From Chrysochromulina tobinii (taxonomy: Eukaryota): a DNA stretch of 64,000 nt. Position 1 is the stretch's first letter; each line of letters starts with the position of its first letter. This document shows positions 1-9,954 of the stretch, piece by piece. The notes beneath the pieces are model-generated. The model ran no database searches and was not told where the DNA came from. It saw only the letters and a program-made list of their open reading frames with translations. The stretch lies in assembly GCA_001275005.1 (NCBI GenBank), contig JWZX01003118.1:1-64000 (forward strand), written 5' to 3'. Position numbers and translations under genes: made by a program.

Positions 1-2186
1 GGGGCGGAATCGGCAGCGGTGCGGCGGACGTCGACGGCCAGGGCGCGCTCGACTCGGCGCTCGACGCGTCCGGCGGCGGCGCTGGCAACGCGGCGCTCGT
101 GCCGCCCACCACGGCGCTCGTGGGCCTGGTGTTGAGCTGCCTGCGCGCCTTGCTTGTGGGTGCGCAGCGCGCGCAGGCGTCGATTGAAATGAGCCGGTGG
201 CGCCAACCGGGCGGCGGCGCCCTGCGCATCGCAGCCGAAAGCGGGCGTCTCGATGCCATCGCTCCGAGCGGCTCGGGCTTCTTTGAGAGAGGCATCGTGC
301 CGCCGCCGCGTACCTGTGGCGCTCGCTTCAACGCGTCCGGCATGCTCGCGTGCTTCTACCATTCGCCCTCGCCGTACGCGGGATTGAACGAGGCGGAGCT
401 GCCGCGGACGTACGCGGATTTCGAGGGCCTCGTGCGCGGATGGCAGCTGGCGCCGATCGTCGAGTTGCAGCGAGCTATGCAAATGGGGGGCCTCGCCGGT
501 ACGTGGACGGGCTCGAGCCTGCTTGGTGAGGAGGACGCTGAGGATGAGGACATCGACGACGAGGGCGAGATGTACGGCGGCATGGACGAGCGCGCCGCTG
601 CTATCTTGGGTGCGCCGCCATCCAGCGCGCTGGGGGAGGTCGCTCGCGGCAGCGCCGACGGCGGCGGTGCCGTTGGGATCGCTCAACACGGCGCTCGCAG
701 AGGGATGCGCCAGAGCTGCGGACGCAGCCTGCTGCGCGGACTGGGAGACGCCGCGCGCGGTGCGACGCTCCTCGTCGATCACGTAGCACACGCCGAGGTC
801 GATCGCTCACTGGCCTCGCAGTACCTGGTGGCCTCGCGCCGCTCGGCGCGCGCGGATTCGGCGAGCGACCTCTGCCGACACAACGCGGCGGTCGCGCTCG
901 CGAGCGGCCGAGCGGACCTTTGGCGTGTGTGGATGATGGCGGCATGTGCGACCGCGGCGCAGGAGCCGACGCGACTCGCGGCCGGCGGAGTGGCCTTCGG
1001 CTTTGCGTCACCCGTCCTCACGGCCCTGGTGCATCAGAGGCTCCGCCAGCGGGACGTGCAGACGGTGGCCCTCCTCTCGTGCCTCACCACGAACTCGCGC
1101 GCGCCGCGCACCTGTGGGGAAGAGGAGCGCCGTGGTGAGCACTTACATGCAAGGCCTCCTCACTCGCGCGCGCCGCGTACGCCGCTGCTGCCGCGCGAGG
1201 ACGAGGCCAGCTACCAGCGCTGCCGCCAGATCTACTGCGACCTCCTCGTCCGCTGGCAGCTCGTGGTCCCCCTTGCCGAGATTGCCAAGTTTGGTGGGAG
1301 CGGCCCCTCGCCCGTCGAGTCGCCGCCGCCGCCGCCGGGCGCCGCGCCCGCGCCTGCAGGCACGATCCTCGTCATGGTCACGTCGGCTCAGTTGCCGCCG
1401 CTCAGACCTCAGCTCTCAGTCAGCACCCCCGGCTGCGCGGCGCGCGGTGCGGGCGGCGCGGGCGGCGCGGGCAGCTCGTGCCAGGGCGGCGGCGGCGCCC
1501 ATTACGGCGCGTCGGTGCCCCTGGCCGAGGTTGCCAAATATGGTGCGAGCGTCGGGCGGCGCGTTCCCAGCACGTCCCGCGATGGCAAGCTGCGCGTGTG
1601 CTCGAGCGAAGACAGCTTCCGCGGTGCATGGTACTTTGGCGGCGTCGACACGAGCAGCACTCGAGGTGCCCTCTCCGTATCGACCTCGGCCCACAGCCTC
1701 CCCACAGTCGATCGAGGTGCCATCTCCGCCTCGACCTCGACCCTCAGCCTCCCCACAGTCGATGAGGCGCCTCCGGACGAACACCAATCCTCGCGCCGCG
1801 CCGAGCGCACGCGCTGCACCGTGTGCCAGCTGCCCGCGCGCGGCCTCGTGTGGTTCTGCGGCGTCTGCGGCCACGGCGGCCATCTGCGCTGCATGCGAGA
1901 GTGGTTTGGGGTGCGCGGCGGCGGGCAAGCGCTCGGCATGGCGCTCGGCGGGTGCCCTAGCGGGTGCGGCTGCCGCTGCCTGCACGCCGCGCCGCCCGAG
2001 CCCTCGTCTTGCTGCTCGCCGCTTCCGTGCGGGACGAGCGCCGGCGCCTCGCAGCGCGGCGCGCGCGTCACGCCCTCCTCAAGGCAGGCACGCGGGCCGC
2101 GCTCCGGAGGGGGCTCCGCGTTTGGGGCTTCGGCCGACGCGCGGCAGCGTGCGCGCGCAATCTCGGCTTTGCTCACAAGTCCTTGA
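1..2186 (+). CDS. WDR59: GATOR2/SEA complex subunit WDR59 (Sea3), C-terminal part; 5' end lies outside the window
   Basis: Frame is open from position 3. Contains VPPPRTCGARFNASGMLACF (WDR59-type PFPRTSGARF motif), CRHNAAVA...DVQTVALLSC and a C-terminal RING-like CTVCQLPARGLVWFCGVCGHGGHLRCMREWF...CPSGCGCRC. Confidence 0.85.
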   Translation, partial: GGIGSGAADVDGQGALDSALDASGGGAGNAALVPPTTALVGLVLSCLRALLVGAQRAQASIEMSRWRQPGGGALRIAAESGRLDAIAPSGSGFFERGIVPPPRTCGARFNASGMLACFYHSPSPYAGLNEAELPRTYADFEGLVRGWQLAPIVELQRAMQMGGLAGTWTGSSLLGEEDAEDEDIDDEGEMYGGMDERAAAILGAPPSSALGEVARGSADGGGAVGIAQHGARRGMRQSCGRSLLRGLGDAARGATLLVDHVAHAEVDRSLASQYLVASRRSARADSASDLCRHNAAVALASGRADLWRVWMMAACATAAQEPTRLAAGGVAFGFASPVLTALVHQRLRQRDVQTVALLSCLTTNSRAPRTCGEEERRGEHLHARPPHSRAPRTPLLPREDEASYQRCRQIYCDLLVRWQLVVPLAEIAKFGGSGPSPVESPPPPPGAAPAPAGTILVMVTSAQLPPLRPQLSVSTPGCAARGAGGAGGAGSSCQGGGGAHYGASVPLAEVAKYGASVGRRVPSTSRDGKLRVCSSEDSFRGAWYFGGVDTSSTRGALSVSTSAHSLPTVDRGAISASTSTLSLPTVDEAPPDEHQSSRRAERTRCTVCQLPARGLVWFCGVCGHGGHLRCMREWFGVRGGGQALGMALGGCPSGCGCRCLHAAPPEPSSCCSPLPCGTSAGASQRGARVTPSSRQARGPRSGGGSAFGASADARQRARAISALLTSP

Positions 2187-2670
2187 GTGTGAAAAGGTTG
2201 GAGGGCCCATCCGTTTCCGAGAGCTATTCGAGAGCTATCGTACTGAATCTATTACGCCGGTCCGGACTCGCCCGTGTCCTTGATGGGATGATGGGGTCTC
2301 AGACCGCGGTCTCGTCTCGACTCGAAAACACGAACGCCGAACAACCGCCTCTGGGGTAACCAGACTACCCTTGCTAACCAAGACCCCCCCGCTCAGGGGG
2401 CGGCCAGAACGATGTGTCCAGCCCACGCCACAGCAAAGCACGAAACATCCAAACACACGCCCCGTCGGGAAAGCGTGGTTCGAGGTCGTGGCACGTGCGG
2501 GGTTTGCCCCTGGGGCTTGCTTGCTTGCGAAAGGGTCAGTTGAATCGACACACAGGCACCGACCAGCCACTACCACACGATTCACTGCCACGCAGTGGTC
2601 GCGTCGCTCGGTGGACTAACACACCGGCGAGGATTTCAAGGTTCCGGCCCCCACCCGGCCGTGAACGACG

Positions 2671-4002
2671 GTGTTCCAGATTTGGAAATCGCCAATACAG
2701 GAATGCGTGTTTCCGGCCACTTGCCTAAGCCGACTCGTGGCGATGCTTGCCAATTCTTTTGAGGACGCGCGCGTGCAGCTGCTCTGCATGCGCTGGCTCG
2801 ATCATGAGCGCAGATGGATCTCGTGCCGCGAGGATCCCACCGAAATCCCCGCAGCTCCATGTGCAATCGGCAGCCTGCCTTCGTCGCAGTTCTCGCTTCA
2901 CGAGGTGCGACGATTGCCTGATCGGCCGCCAGTCGCAGGCGAGATATCCGACGTGCACCGCTTCGTTTTGCAAAAGGAGACGGCCGCAGCGCTCAATGCT
3001 CAACTCCAGCGTGAGGCGGTCCATCATCATCGATGGCCCATGGCTTGGTTGACGGGTGAATCGAAATCCAACAGTGGCGGCTACCACTCGCGCGAGGAGG
3101 CCTTGCGCCGCAGCAGCCACGGAGAGGCACTGTGGTACGATGCGCTGCTTGCACAGGTGGTTCTGCCTGCGATCCGCAGCATCGCCATCGACGCGCGCAG
3201 TGGGAAGCCCATCGCGCACGAGGCTCCTGTGCTTGCAGCCACCCTGGCTCGTGTGCTTGCAGAGCCCATCAGGCTCGATGATACGACCGCCCTGGCCGCC
3301 GCCGCTGCCGCGGCACGCGCAGGCCTCGGACTGGACGTAGACGGAGTGCCGACGGGTGGGCGCATCACTGGTTGGCTGAACGTCAACGGCCCTCAGGATC
3401 TCAACTACCTCCACGACCACGGCGCCGACTGTGCCTGGAGCCTGGTGTACTACGTTGCCTCAGGCGAGGAATCGGAGACCCCGAGCCCATTTGACTTTGT
3501 GTCGCGGCTGCTCTCAGATCGGCCGAGGCCCGCGATGATCGTCGAGCCCTCCTCGCACACCTCCGCCGCTGCAGACTCCACCGCATCGGACCCGCCCCCA
3601 GCGGCGGCCGCGCAGCCAGCCTCGGTTTCCAGTCTCGGCGGCGCCTTGCTTCTGAAGACGCACGAGGACCCTTGTACAGGTGCGCACAGCTTCCTCTCGG
3701 TGGCGCCTGCGGCGGGCGAGCTCTGGTGCTTTCCCGGTCACCTGCTGCACGCGGTCATGCCGCGCGAGCTGCTCGACGGCGCGGGCGGCAGCAGCGGTGC
3801 AGCGACCCATCGGCGCGGCTTACGTATCTCCGTGGCATTTAATGTGTACTGCAAGTCCTCGCCCTTCCGCGACGCCAGCATCGGCTACCGGGGTGAGGAC
3901 GCATCAGCCGCCAAAATGCAGTCCGGCAATCTGCGCACGTGCTCTCTTTCGTGCCTTGAGCCGCGAAAATCACGAACTCAAAATGATCTCAAACATGAAT
4001 GA
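2671..4002 (+). CDS. Putative 2OG-Fe(II) oxygenase (TIGR02466/2OG-FeII_Oxy_5-like); start uncertain
   Basis: Motifs SNSGGYHS, WLNVN..NYLHDH...WSLVYYV, P.AGELWCFPGHLLHAV.P and RISVAFN. Confidence 0.75.
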   Translation: MFQIWKSPIQECVFPATCLSRLVAMLANSFEDARVQLLCMRWLDHERRWISCREDPTEIPAAPCAIGSLPSSQFSLHEVRRLPDRPPVAGEISDVHRFVLQKETAAALNAQLQREAVHHHRWPMAWLTGESKSNSGGYHSREEALRRSSHGEALWYDALLAQVVLPAIRSIAIDARSGKPIAHEAPVLAATLARVLAEPIRLDDTTALAAAAAAARAGLGLDVDGVPTGGRITGWLNVNGPQDLNYLHDHGADCAWSLVYYVASGEESETPSPFDFVSRLLSDRPRPAMIVEPSSHTSAAADSTASDPPPAAAAQPASVSSLGGALLLKTHEDPCTGAHSFLSVAPAAGELWCFPGHLLHAVMPRELLDGAGGSSGAATHRRGLRISVAFNVYCKSSPFRDASIGYRGEDASAAKMQSGNLRTCSLSCLEPRKSRTQNDLKHE

Positions 4003-4303
4003 TCTCTCCACCGTAGTTGATGCCAGGGATCCCCGTACTAACGTCCGGTTGATGTCAGGGATCCCCATACTATAGTCGGGATGATTATGTCAATTAGGAT
4101 TGCGCAATGTGCGTAAATAAATCAGCATTCGTCAGAATGACAGTGAGAGAAGACAGTGAAATGTGATGATGTTATTCACATCCGGAAAAAGTCGAAGGAG
4201 GCCCCCGCCCCTCCTCAACACCTAATCCTGCGTGCCCTTCCTACAAGAACGGATTTCCGAGCAGGGCGGCCGGTATGCACAGCCGATTCACACTTGGACT
4301 TCG

Positions 4304-5533
4304 ATGCGCAATCCCGCTCCGCTGCTGTGCATCCTACTCACCACCAGCTTGGTCGCTGCCTCCGGAGACTTCGTCACCACTCAAGTGTCCGGCATCGGCC
4401 GCTACTGCGGCGCTCCAGCCCTATTCCTCGAGCAGCAGCGCGGCAGCTTAGTGCTGCCTGTGCCCGTGCCAGCGAATGCTGTGGCAGCCATGGAGCAGGC
4501 TCTGATGGCGCCGGCGGCGGCCGCCGCAGGCTTTGAGGTGCTGCGCAATGGCCGGTTCATCATCGAACGCGATGGGTGCCTTTTCGACAACCTACCGTGG
4601 GGAAGATTTGCGCCACCACAGGCCAAACGAGACTTCGCCGCACGCTTCGCTGGCCCGGGCCCAACGAAGGCAGCATTCGCATCTACGTACCATCTGCTGA
4701 TGGACGCGATGCAGCGCGAGGCGAATGCCAAAGTCAAGCGGGTGGTGATCGAGCGCTCCGATCTTTTGCTAGCAGGCTCGACGCTCATCCTCGGTGCATG
4801 CGTCTGGCTCGATCCCGTAGTTGCACCGGCCGCGTCGGCGGAGTCGGAGCTGTGCGAGTGTGTTGTGGACGAAGCGCTCGGCCTGGCCCTCGCAGCAACA
4901 GCCGGCCAGGTGCATGTCGAGCGTCTCGTGTGGGAGGCGGCAGCCACGCAGCCGCGGTACTCGGAGCAGCGCGGCAAGATGCGGATGGAGCTGGGTCGAC
5001 TACGTGAAGCAGAGGATGGCAAGGAGGAGGGCGTGAGCGAGCCCGGCGGCGCGTTCGTGCCGCTGCCGTGGGAGATCCGGAGCTTTGCCGAGCTCGAGTC
5101 GCTCACGCTCGAGGAGCGTGCCCTGTCGGCACTCCGAGCGGGGCTGCGACTGCCTCGCCCGCGCGACGCGACATCGGTGACCATTACGGCACTCCTCGAG
5201 CCGCTCCTCGACGAGGATGTGCGCCGACAGGTGCGGCTGCGGCGCGCGCTCGACATGGGCGATGTGGGAACTGCCGCCGCGCTCGACGCGTCCACGTCGA
5301 CGCGTGGACGCTTACTGGCCTCCCTTCGCCTCGCCGTTGAAGAAGAGAGGTACGGGGAGGCCTCCGAGCTCGCGATTGAGATCTCGATTGAGACGAGCCG
5401 GCGCATGGACGTGACGCTGGACGAGGGCACGTACGATCCGTTCCTCGACCAGGACGATTGGTACGCGCGCTCGCTCGCCAACGAGCGCGCGAGGCTCCTT
5501 GAGCAGGAGCGGCGCAAACGCGAGGGTGGTTGA
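4304..5533 (+). CDS. Conserved hypothetical protein with signal peptide (possibly plastid-targeted) and C-terminal UVR-like helix
   Basis: ATG at 4304 followed by hydrophobic PLLCILLTTSLVAAS. C-terminal LRLAVEEERYGEASEL (UVR-like) then MDVTLDEGTYDPFLDQDDWY. Confidence 0.6.
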   Translation: MRNPAPLLCILLTTSLVAASGDFVTTQVSGIGRYCGAPALFLEQQRGSLVLPVPVPANAVAAMEQALMAPAAAAAGFEVLRNGRFIIERDGCLFDNLPWGRFAPPQAKRDFAARFAGPGPTKAAFASTYHLLMDAMQREANAKVKRVVIERSDLLLAGSTLILGACVWLDPVVAPAASAESELCECVVDEALGLALAATAGQVHVERLVWEAAATQPRYSEQRGKMRMELGRLREAEDGKEEGVSEPGGAFVPLPWEIRSFAELESLTLEERALSALRAGLRLPRPRDATSVTITALLEPLLDEDVRRQVRLRRALDMGDVGTAAALDASTSTRGRLLASLRLAVEEERYGEASELAIEISIETSRRMDVTLDEGTYDPFLDQDDWYARSLANERARLLEQERRKREGG

Positions 5534-5652
5534 ATTTCCGTACGTCCTTGATGTGGGTCGAGGACACGCCACTTTTTGGTTAGAGTCTTGTTGTCAGACA
5601 GGGCCGATGATTGTTCACAGCACAAACTTTCCACGTCGACGCGGTCACGATC

Positions 5653-7521
5653 ATGGCCGACGCGACGCCAAGCGCACGGCCAAGCGCACGGGCCCGCGGC
5701 CAGCCCTACATCTGCCAGTTTGCAAAGTGCTGGTACGAGTGGCGGCTCGGTGAGCTTCGTGCGGCGGCTGCCGTCACCGACGTCGAAGTGTTCGTAGACG
5801 CGGACGAGGAGAGGGCGTGGGAGGCGCGAAGATATGGCGTGCTGCTTCGTGCCTTCTTGCCGGACGACGAGGCGGTGCGTCGGCTCGCTGGGCGCGCGGT
5901 GCTCGTCAAGAATATCACTGAGGAGTGGGGTAGTGGGCGTGACTGGGACGAGTTCGCAGCTGCGCTGCGCGCCTTTCCCGCAGAGCGGTCTGCGCCCTTC
6001 CTGGCGGCTGGGATCACCTTCAAGATCAACGTCACTACTCTCGGCCGACGCTTGCTCGAAGAGGAGCGGCAGCAGCTGATCAAACAACTCGAGCCGCTGC
6101 TCGCGTTCCGCGGCAGCGTGCGGATGCGCGATCCGGACGTCACCTTCGTTCTCTTCGTGGACACGCCGTCCATGAAGGGAGAGGAGGGATGTACCAGCAC
6201 GACGGCGCGGTACCGGTTCGGCCGGTGGATCGCCGACGGGCGGCGCGACCTGGTGCACAAGTACGACCTGAAGACGCGCAACTACATCGGCACGACCTCG
6301 CTCGACCCGGAGCTCTCGCTCGTCATGGCCAACCTGGCGCGCCTGCGCCAGCACGACCTAGTGTACGACCCCTACTGCGGGACGGCGGGCACCCTCGTCG
6401 CTGCGGCTGCCTTCGGCGCACGCGTGCTCGGCTGCGACCTGCACGGGCCGGCGATTCGTGGCCAGCTTCGTACGCGCAGCGGCCCGGGCAAACAAAGCTG
6501 GGACGCTGCCGTACAGGGCATCCCGGAGACGTTTGCTGCGTACGGTCTGCTGCCGCCGGTGGCGCTGATCCAGGGCGACAGCGGTGCGCACCTTGCATTC
6601 CTTCGCGCCGTTCCGGGCGGACTCTTCGATGCGATCATCACGGACCCGCCGTACGGGATCCGCGAGAAGCCTGCCGAAGTGGCCGACGAAAAGTTGCTCA
6701 GCCGCGCCATCGAAGAGCACCACCTCGCGTCGCATGTGCCCAAGACCGCGCTCGCCCCGATCGAGCACATCCTTGCGGACTTGTTCCTCCTGGCGGAAGG
6801 TTCGCTCGTCGACGGCGGCCGGCTCGTCTTCCTACTGCCCACGACGGCGCCCTTCACGGAGGCGGTGCTTCTCGCGCCACCCTCTCTTGTCTTTGAGGGT
6901 GCATTTGAGCAGATGATGGCCGCGCGTTGGTCTCGTTGGTGCATTACCATGCGCCGAAGGCCGCGCGACGTGTCTCAGCAGCACGCCGCGGCAGTGCCGC
7001 CCGTGCCCGCAGCTGAGACGGTCGAGACGCGCACACCGTCGGCCATTTTCGAGCGGGCTGTGTTACGCCCCGATGACGCGCATCTCATTGGGGATGACAA
7101 GAGGGCGGTCGCGGCGGCGCAAAGCTTGCTGCACCCCGAGCTGCTCAAAAAGAGCTCGAGTGCGCGCCGGCGGCTCGCGCGCCGCCTCGACAAGCTCACG
7201 GGCGGCACCACCGCGCAGGCGGAGGGCGGCCACGACGGACACGGAGCCGGCAGTCCGCCAGTGCCCTTGCCTGGCGCGTACGGCGCTAGCACGAGGGCTA
7301 TGCGGCGGCAGGTGCGCAACCAGGGGCGTGGCAAGTACGAGGCGCGCGTGCGGGCGCAACTGGGCGCGATCGTGGCCGGCCATGATGAAGGTGTCCATAC
7401 GAACGCCTGGCGCCTTGGCGGCCCGTTTGTGCGTCGTTGGTGGCTGTCGACACTGGCGGCTGGCGCGGTGCTGCTCACGGCTTCGCTGCTCGCTCGCGCA
7501 GGGGCACGAAGCAAACGGTGA
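5653..7521 (+). CDS. TRM11: tRNA (guanine(10)-N2)-methyltransferase
   Basis: YDLKTRNYIGTTSLDPELSLVMANLA, VYDPYCGTAG (SAM motif I) and FDAIITDPPYGIRE (DPPY motif), with a THUMP-like N-terminal region. Confidence 0.9.
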   Translation: MADATPSARPSARARGQPYICQFAKCWYEWRLGELRAAAAVTDVEVFVDADEERAWEARRYGVLLRAFLPDDEAVRRLAGRAVLVKNITEEWGSGRDWDEFAAALRAFPAERSAPFLAAGITFKINVTTLGRRLLEEERQQLIKQLEPLLAFRGSVRMRDPDVTFVLFVDTPSMKGEEGCTSTTARYRFGRWIADGRRDLVHKYDLKTRNYIGTTSLDPELSLVMANLARLRQHDLVYDPYCGTAGTLVAAAAFGARVLGCDLHGPAIRGQLRTRSGPGKQSWDAAVQGIPETFAAYGLLPPVALIQGDSGAHLAFLRAVPGGLFDAIITDPPYGIREKPAEVADEKLLSRAIEEHHLASHVPKTALAPIEHILADLFLLAEGSLVDGGRLVFLLPTTAPFTEAVLLAPPSLVFEGAFEQMMAARWSRWCITMRRRPRDVSQQHAAAVPPVPAAETVETRTPSAIFERAVLRPDDAHLIGDDKRAVAAAQSLLHPELLKKSSSARRRLARRLDKLTGGTTAQAEGGHDGHGAGSPPVPLPGAYGASTRAMRRQVRNQGRGKYEARVRAQLGAIVAGHDEGVHTNAWRLGGPFVRRWWLSTLAAGAVLLTASLLARAGARSKR

Positions 7522-7695
7522 GTGCAGAGGCCGAATAGTCGCTCTTAAAAATAAGAAGAATTCAAGAATTCACGCTCTTCAATCTCCAAAGTAACTGCAC
7601 ATGTCGCGTGAAGAACGCACGTGAGGGAGCCATGCGTCGCGAGAGGGCGCGAAGGCTCTCTGTGATCGACCCTGCTCCATCGGGAGTGCCTTCGA

Positions 7696-8143
7696 TCACC
7701 TCGAAGGTCGTGTATCTGCTCGCTCCATCGCTGCTATGGCCTCGAGCTCGCGCTCTCGGATCTGCCTCACCTTAATGTACATTTCCAGGTCCTCGTCGCT
7801 GAACCGCTGTCGGATTAGATGCTGCTGGTACCGAAAGCCGATGATCGTGGTGATGCTCATCGTGACGAAAGTGATCGCCATCTTGTACTTCTGTGGCAGT
7901 TCGCCCGGCGCATCTCCCGGGCAGCGGCCGAATCCACGCCCGAAACCCATCACGAGGACGAGTTGTCTTTTACAGCACTGTGAAAGTACTGTGAAAGGAG
8001 TGAACCTCCCCCCCGATACAAAACACAGGGGGAGCCGGGACACACATCGTGGTACTGCACCTGCTCCTCGGACGAGACTCTCTGTGGCCGCGAAGAGCTT
8101 CGACTCGTCCTCGGCCGGGTCGCTGCCACCATCGCTTGCCATT
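7696..8143 (-). CDS. Small single-pass membrane protein; 5' structure uncertain (possible intron ~7979-8060)
   Basis: C-terminal part MGFGRGFGRCPGDAPGELPQKYKMAITFVTMSITTIIGFRYQQHLIRQRF...ERELEAIAAM shows a TM segment plus a charged tail with coding-like codon usage. Confidence 0.4.
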
Positions 8144-8315
8144 CTGCGCGCTCTTGTGCGCCAGTCCACCAGAGCAGAGCGAAGGCCAGCTCTATGATGG
8201 TGGCGATACGGTGAGACGCGAGGCGTGCATAATTCCAACGCAAGGTTTTTCGCTTTTTCCCCACAGCCCTCTCGCGGCAGTGGACGAAGGTCGACTCTCA
8301 CGACAACCGCGCAAA

Positions 8316-9500
8316 ATGCTTGCGCAACTAGGCAGGTCGAACCCGCACCGCCACTCGGAGGTACTGAGAACGAATCACTCTAAGCCGATAACATACAGCG
8401 ACCTTGCTGAAGCCATCTTGGGACCACTTGGCCGACACCCTTTCGCCGATAACTCCTCATGGCGAGGCGTGAGGCCAGAGCACTGGTATAAAAAGAGTGC
8501 CTTCTCGATGCAGCACAGGGACCTCGCCCTCATGTTGATGCGCCTCGCAAGTGAGGGCTGCTGGATCCTCGAGATTGGCTCCTTCATCGGCAACAGTGCT
8601 GTGACCTGGGTGAAGGCGACACGTGCCGCTGCCTTAGCCTCTGCAACCGTGGTCACGATGGACTCATGGCTGGGCGATGTCGGCATGTGGCAGTGGAAGG
8701 ACAAATGGCTCGGTCCTCGCTCCTCGGATGGCAGCCCACGGCTGTTTGAGCAATTCATGGCCAACATAGTGGACAAGAATGCCTCGGATCGTGTGCTTCC
8801 GTTGCGGGTGCCCTCTGCGGTTGGGCTGCGGTACCTCCTCACATTGCTGCACTCGCAGGCGATCCCGCCACCACACCTTATCTATCTAGACGCGGCCCAT
8901 GACTACCCAGAGACCTTGCAAGAAATCCAATTGGCTTGGCAACTGCTCGGACCGGGAGGCTTCCTCGTGGGCGACGACTTCGATCGGTTCTGGCCTTCTG
9001 TGCAGCAGAGCGTGATTGAGTTCACACAGACCCTTTCGGCGGACGAGGTCGACTTACCCAGCCGCTATGCGGCACACTGGGATGGTGTGCCGCTCAAACG
9101 CATGCGTGTCGCCGTCGTCAACGGCCAGTCGGCTAGCGAGGCGCGAATCCTTCTGAAGAACTCGCAGTGGCTTCTGCGCAAGGCGCCAGCGGACGAGCAT
9201 CTGCACGTGTACGGGCCACAACAGGTGACGGTGACGCCGTCGATGAGCACTTGGCCGTTCCTGCGCGCCACCGCACGATGCTGTCTGAACGGCTGGACGT
9301 CGGATAAGTTCACTACCTGTCATTCAGCCAAGCCTTTCATGTCACAGCGTTCGTGCAACGTTCATGGTGTGCATGCCGATGCCGAAGTGCCTGCCGGTGG
9401 ACGTGTGCAGCGTCCACGAGCTGTTGTGGGCGTTGGGCGTTGCAAGCTGTTTGCGTGCCATGGATGTACTGCGAACGACGAGAAAGGATGCAGCAGCTGA
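8316..9500 (+). CDS. Class I SAM-dependent methyltransferase (Methyltransf_24-like)
   Basis: ILEIGSFIGNSA, DSWLGD, LFEQFMANI and LIYLDAAHDY...AWQLLGPGGFLVGDDF..WPSV. Confidence 0.8.
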   Translation: MLAQLGRSNPHRHSEVLRTNHSKPITYSDLAEAILGPLGRHPFADNSSWRGVRPEHWYKKSAFSMQHRDLALMLMRLASEGCWILEIGSFIGNSAVTWVKATRAAALASATVVTMDSWLGDVGMWQWKDKWLGPRSSDGSPRLFEQFMANIVDKNASDRVLPLRVPSAVGLRYLLTLLHSQAIPPPHLIYLDAAHDYPETLQEIQLAWQLLGPGGFLVGDDFDRFWPSVQQSVIEFTQTLSADEVDLPSRYAAHWDGVPLKRMRVAVVNGQSASEARILLKNSQWLLRKAPADEHLHVYGPQQVTVTPSMSTWPFLRATARCCLNGWTSDKFTTCHSAKPFMSQRSCNVHGVHADAEVPAGGRVQRPRAVVGVGRCKLFACHGCTANDEKGCSS

Positions 9501-9954
9501 CGCTGTGCCGCCAGACAGGTCGCAAAAGCACCAGTGACGAGATGCCAGATTCGACGGTGCGAGGCGAGCACCGCGTCGCAGAGACTCTGAGTGACGTACA
9601 GCTGTATCCGCACAACAGTACGATAAGCGAACATATGTACGGTACTACACCGTAATGCGCTCGTGTATCACTCAGCGTGATCGGCGTGAATACCCCAGTA
9701 CGGATCGGATAGAATGCGGCTTATAATATTTCGTACGAGGGGGGCGCGGGGCCTCGTCAGTCATACCGACCCATACCCCCGACGTGCGCTCGTCTCGAGT
9801 GCACGCGCGGGCGTACACCGCACCCGCGACCGGTACAAGGCGATACGAATCAAATCAAAATCAAATCCCTGAAAAATCCCTGATCCGTGACTTGGAGGAG
9901 CCTTCCTGGTTGATTCGTTTCCATATCGATACGCAAACGCGGATCGGCTATAAG

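Noticed and set aside
1663..1770. 51-nt tandem duplication in WDR59 (S.STS..SLPTVD x2)
   Set aside because: An in-frame duplication in a disordered linker, with no intron-like repeat body.
4016..4072. Direct repeat GTTGATGYCAGGGATCCCCRTACTA x2 as a possible transposon end
   Set aside because: No matching inverted partner or target-site duplication was found; likely a local duplication.
4402..6354. 650-aa minus-strand ORF, plus many other long overlapping ORFs (946-2283, 26552-27931, 40274-41677, 58208-59497)
   Set aside because: Shadow ORFs expected in high-GC coding DNA, overlapping genes that have clear motifs.
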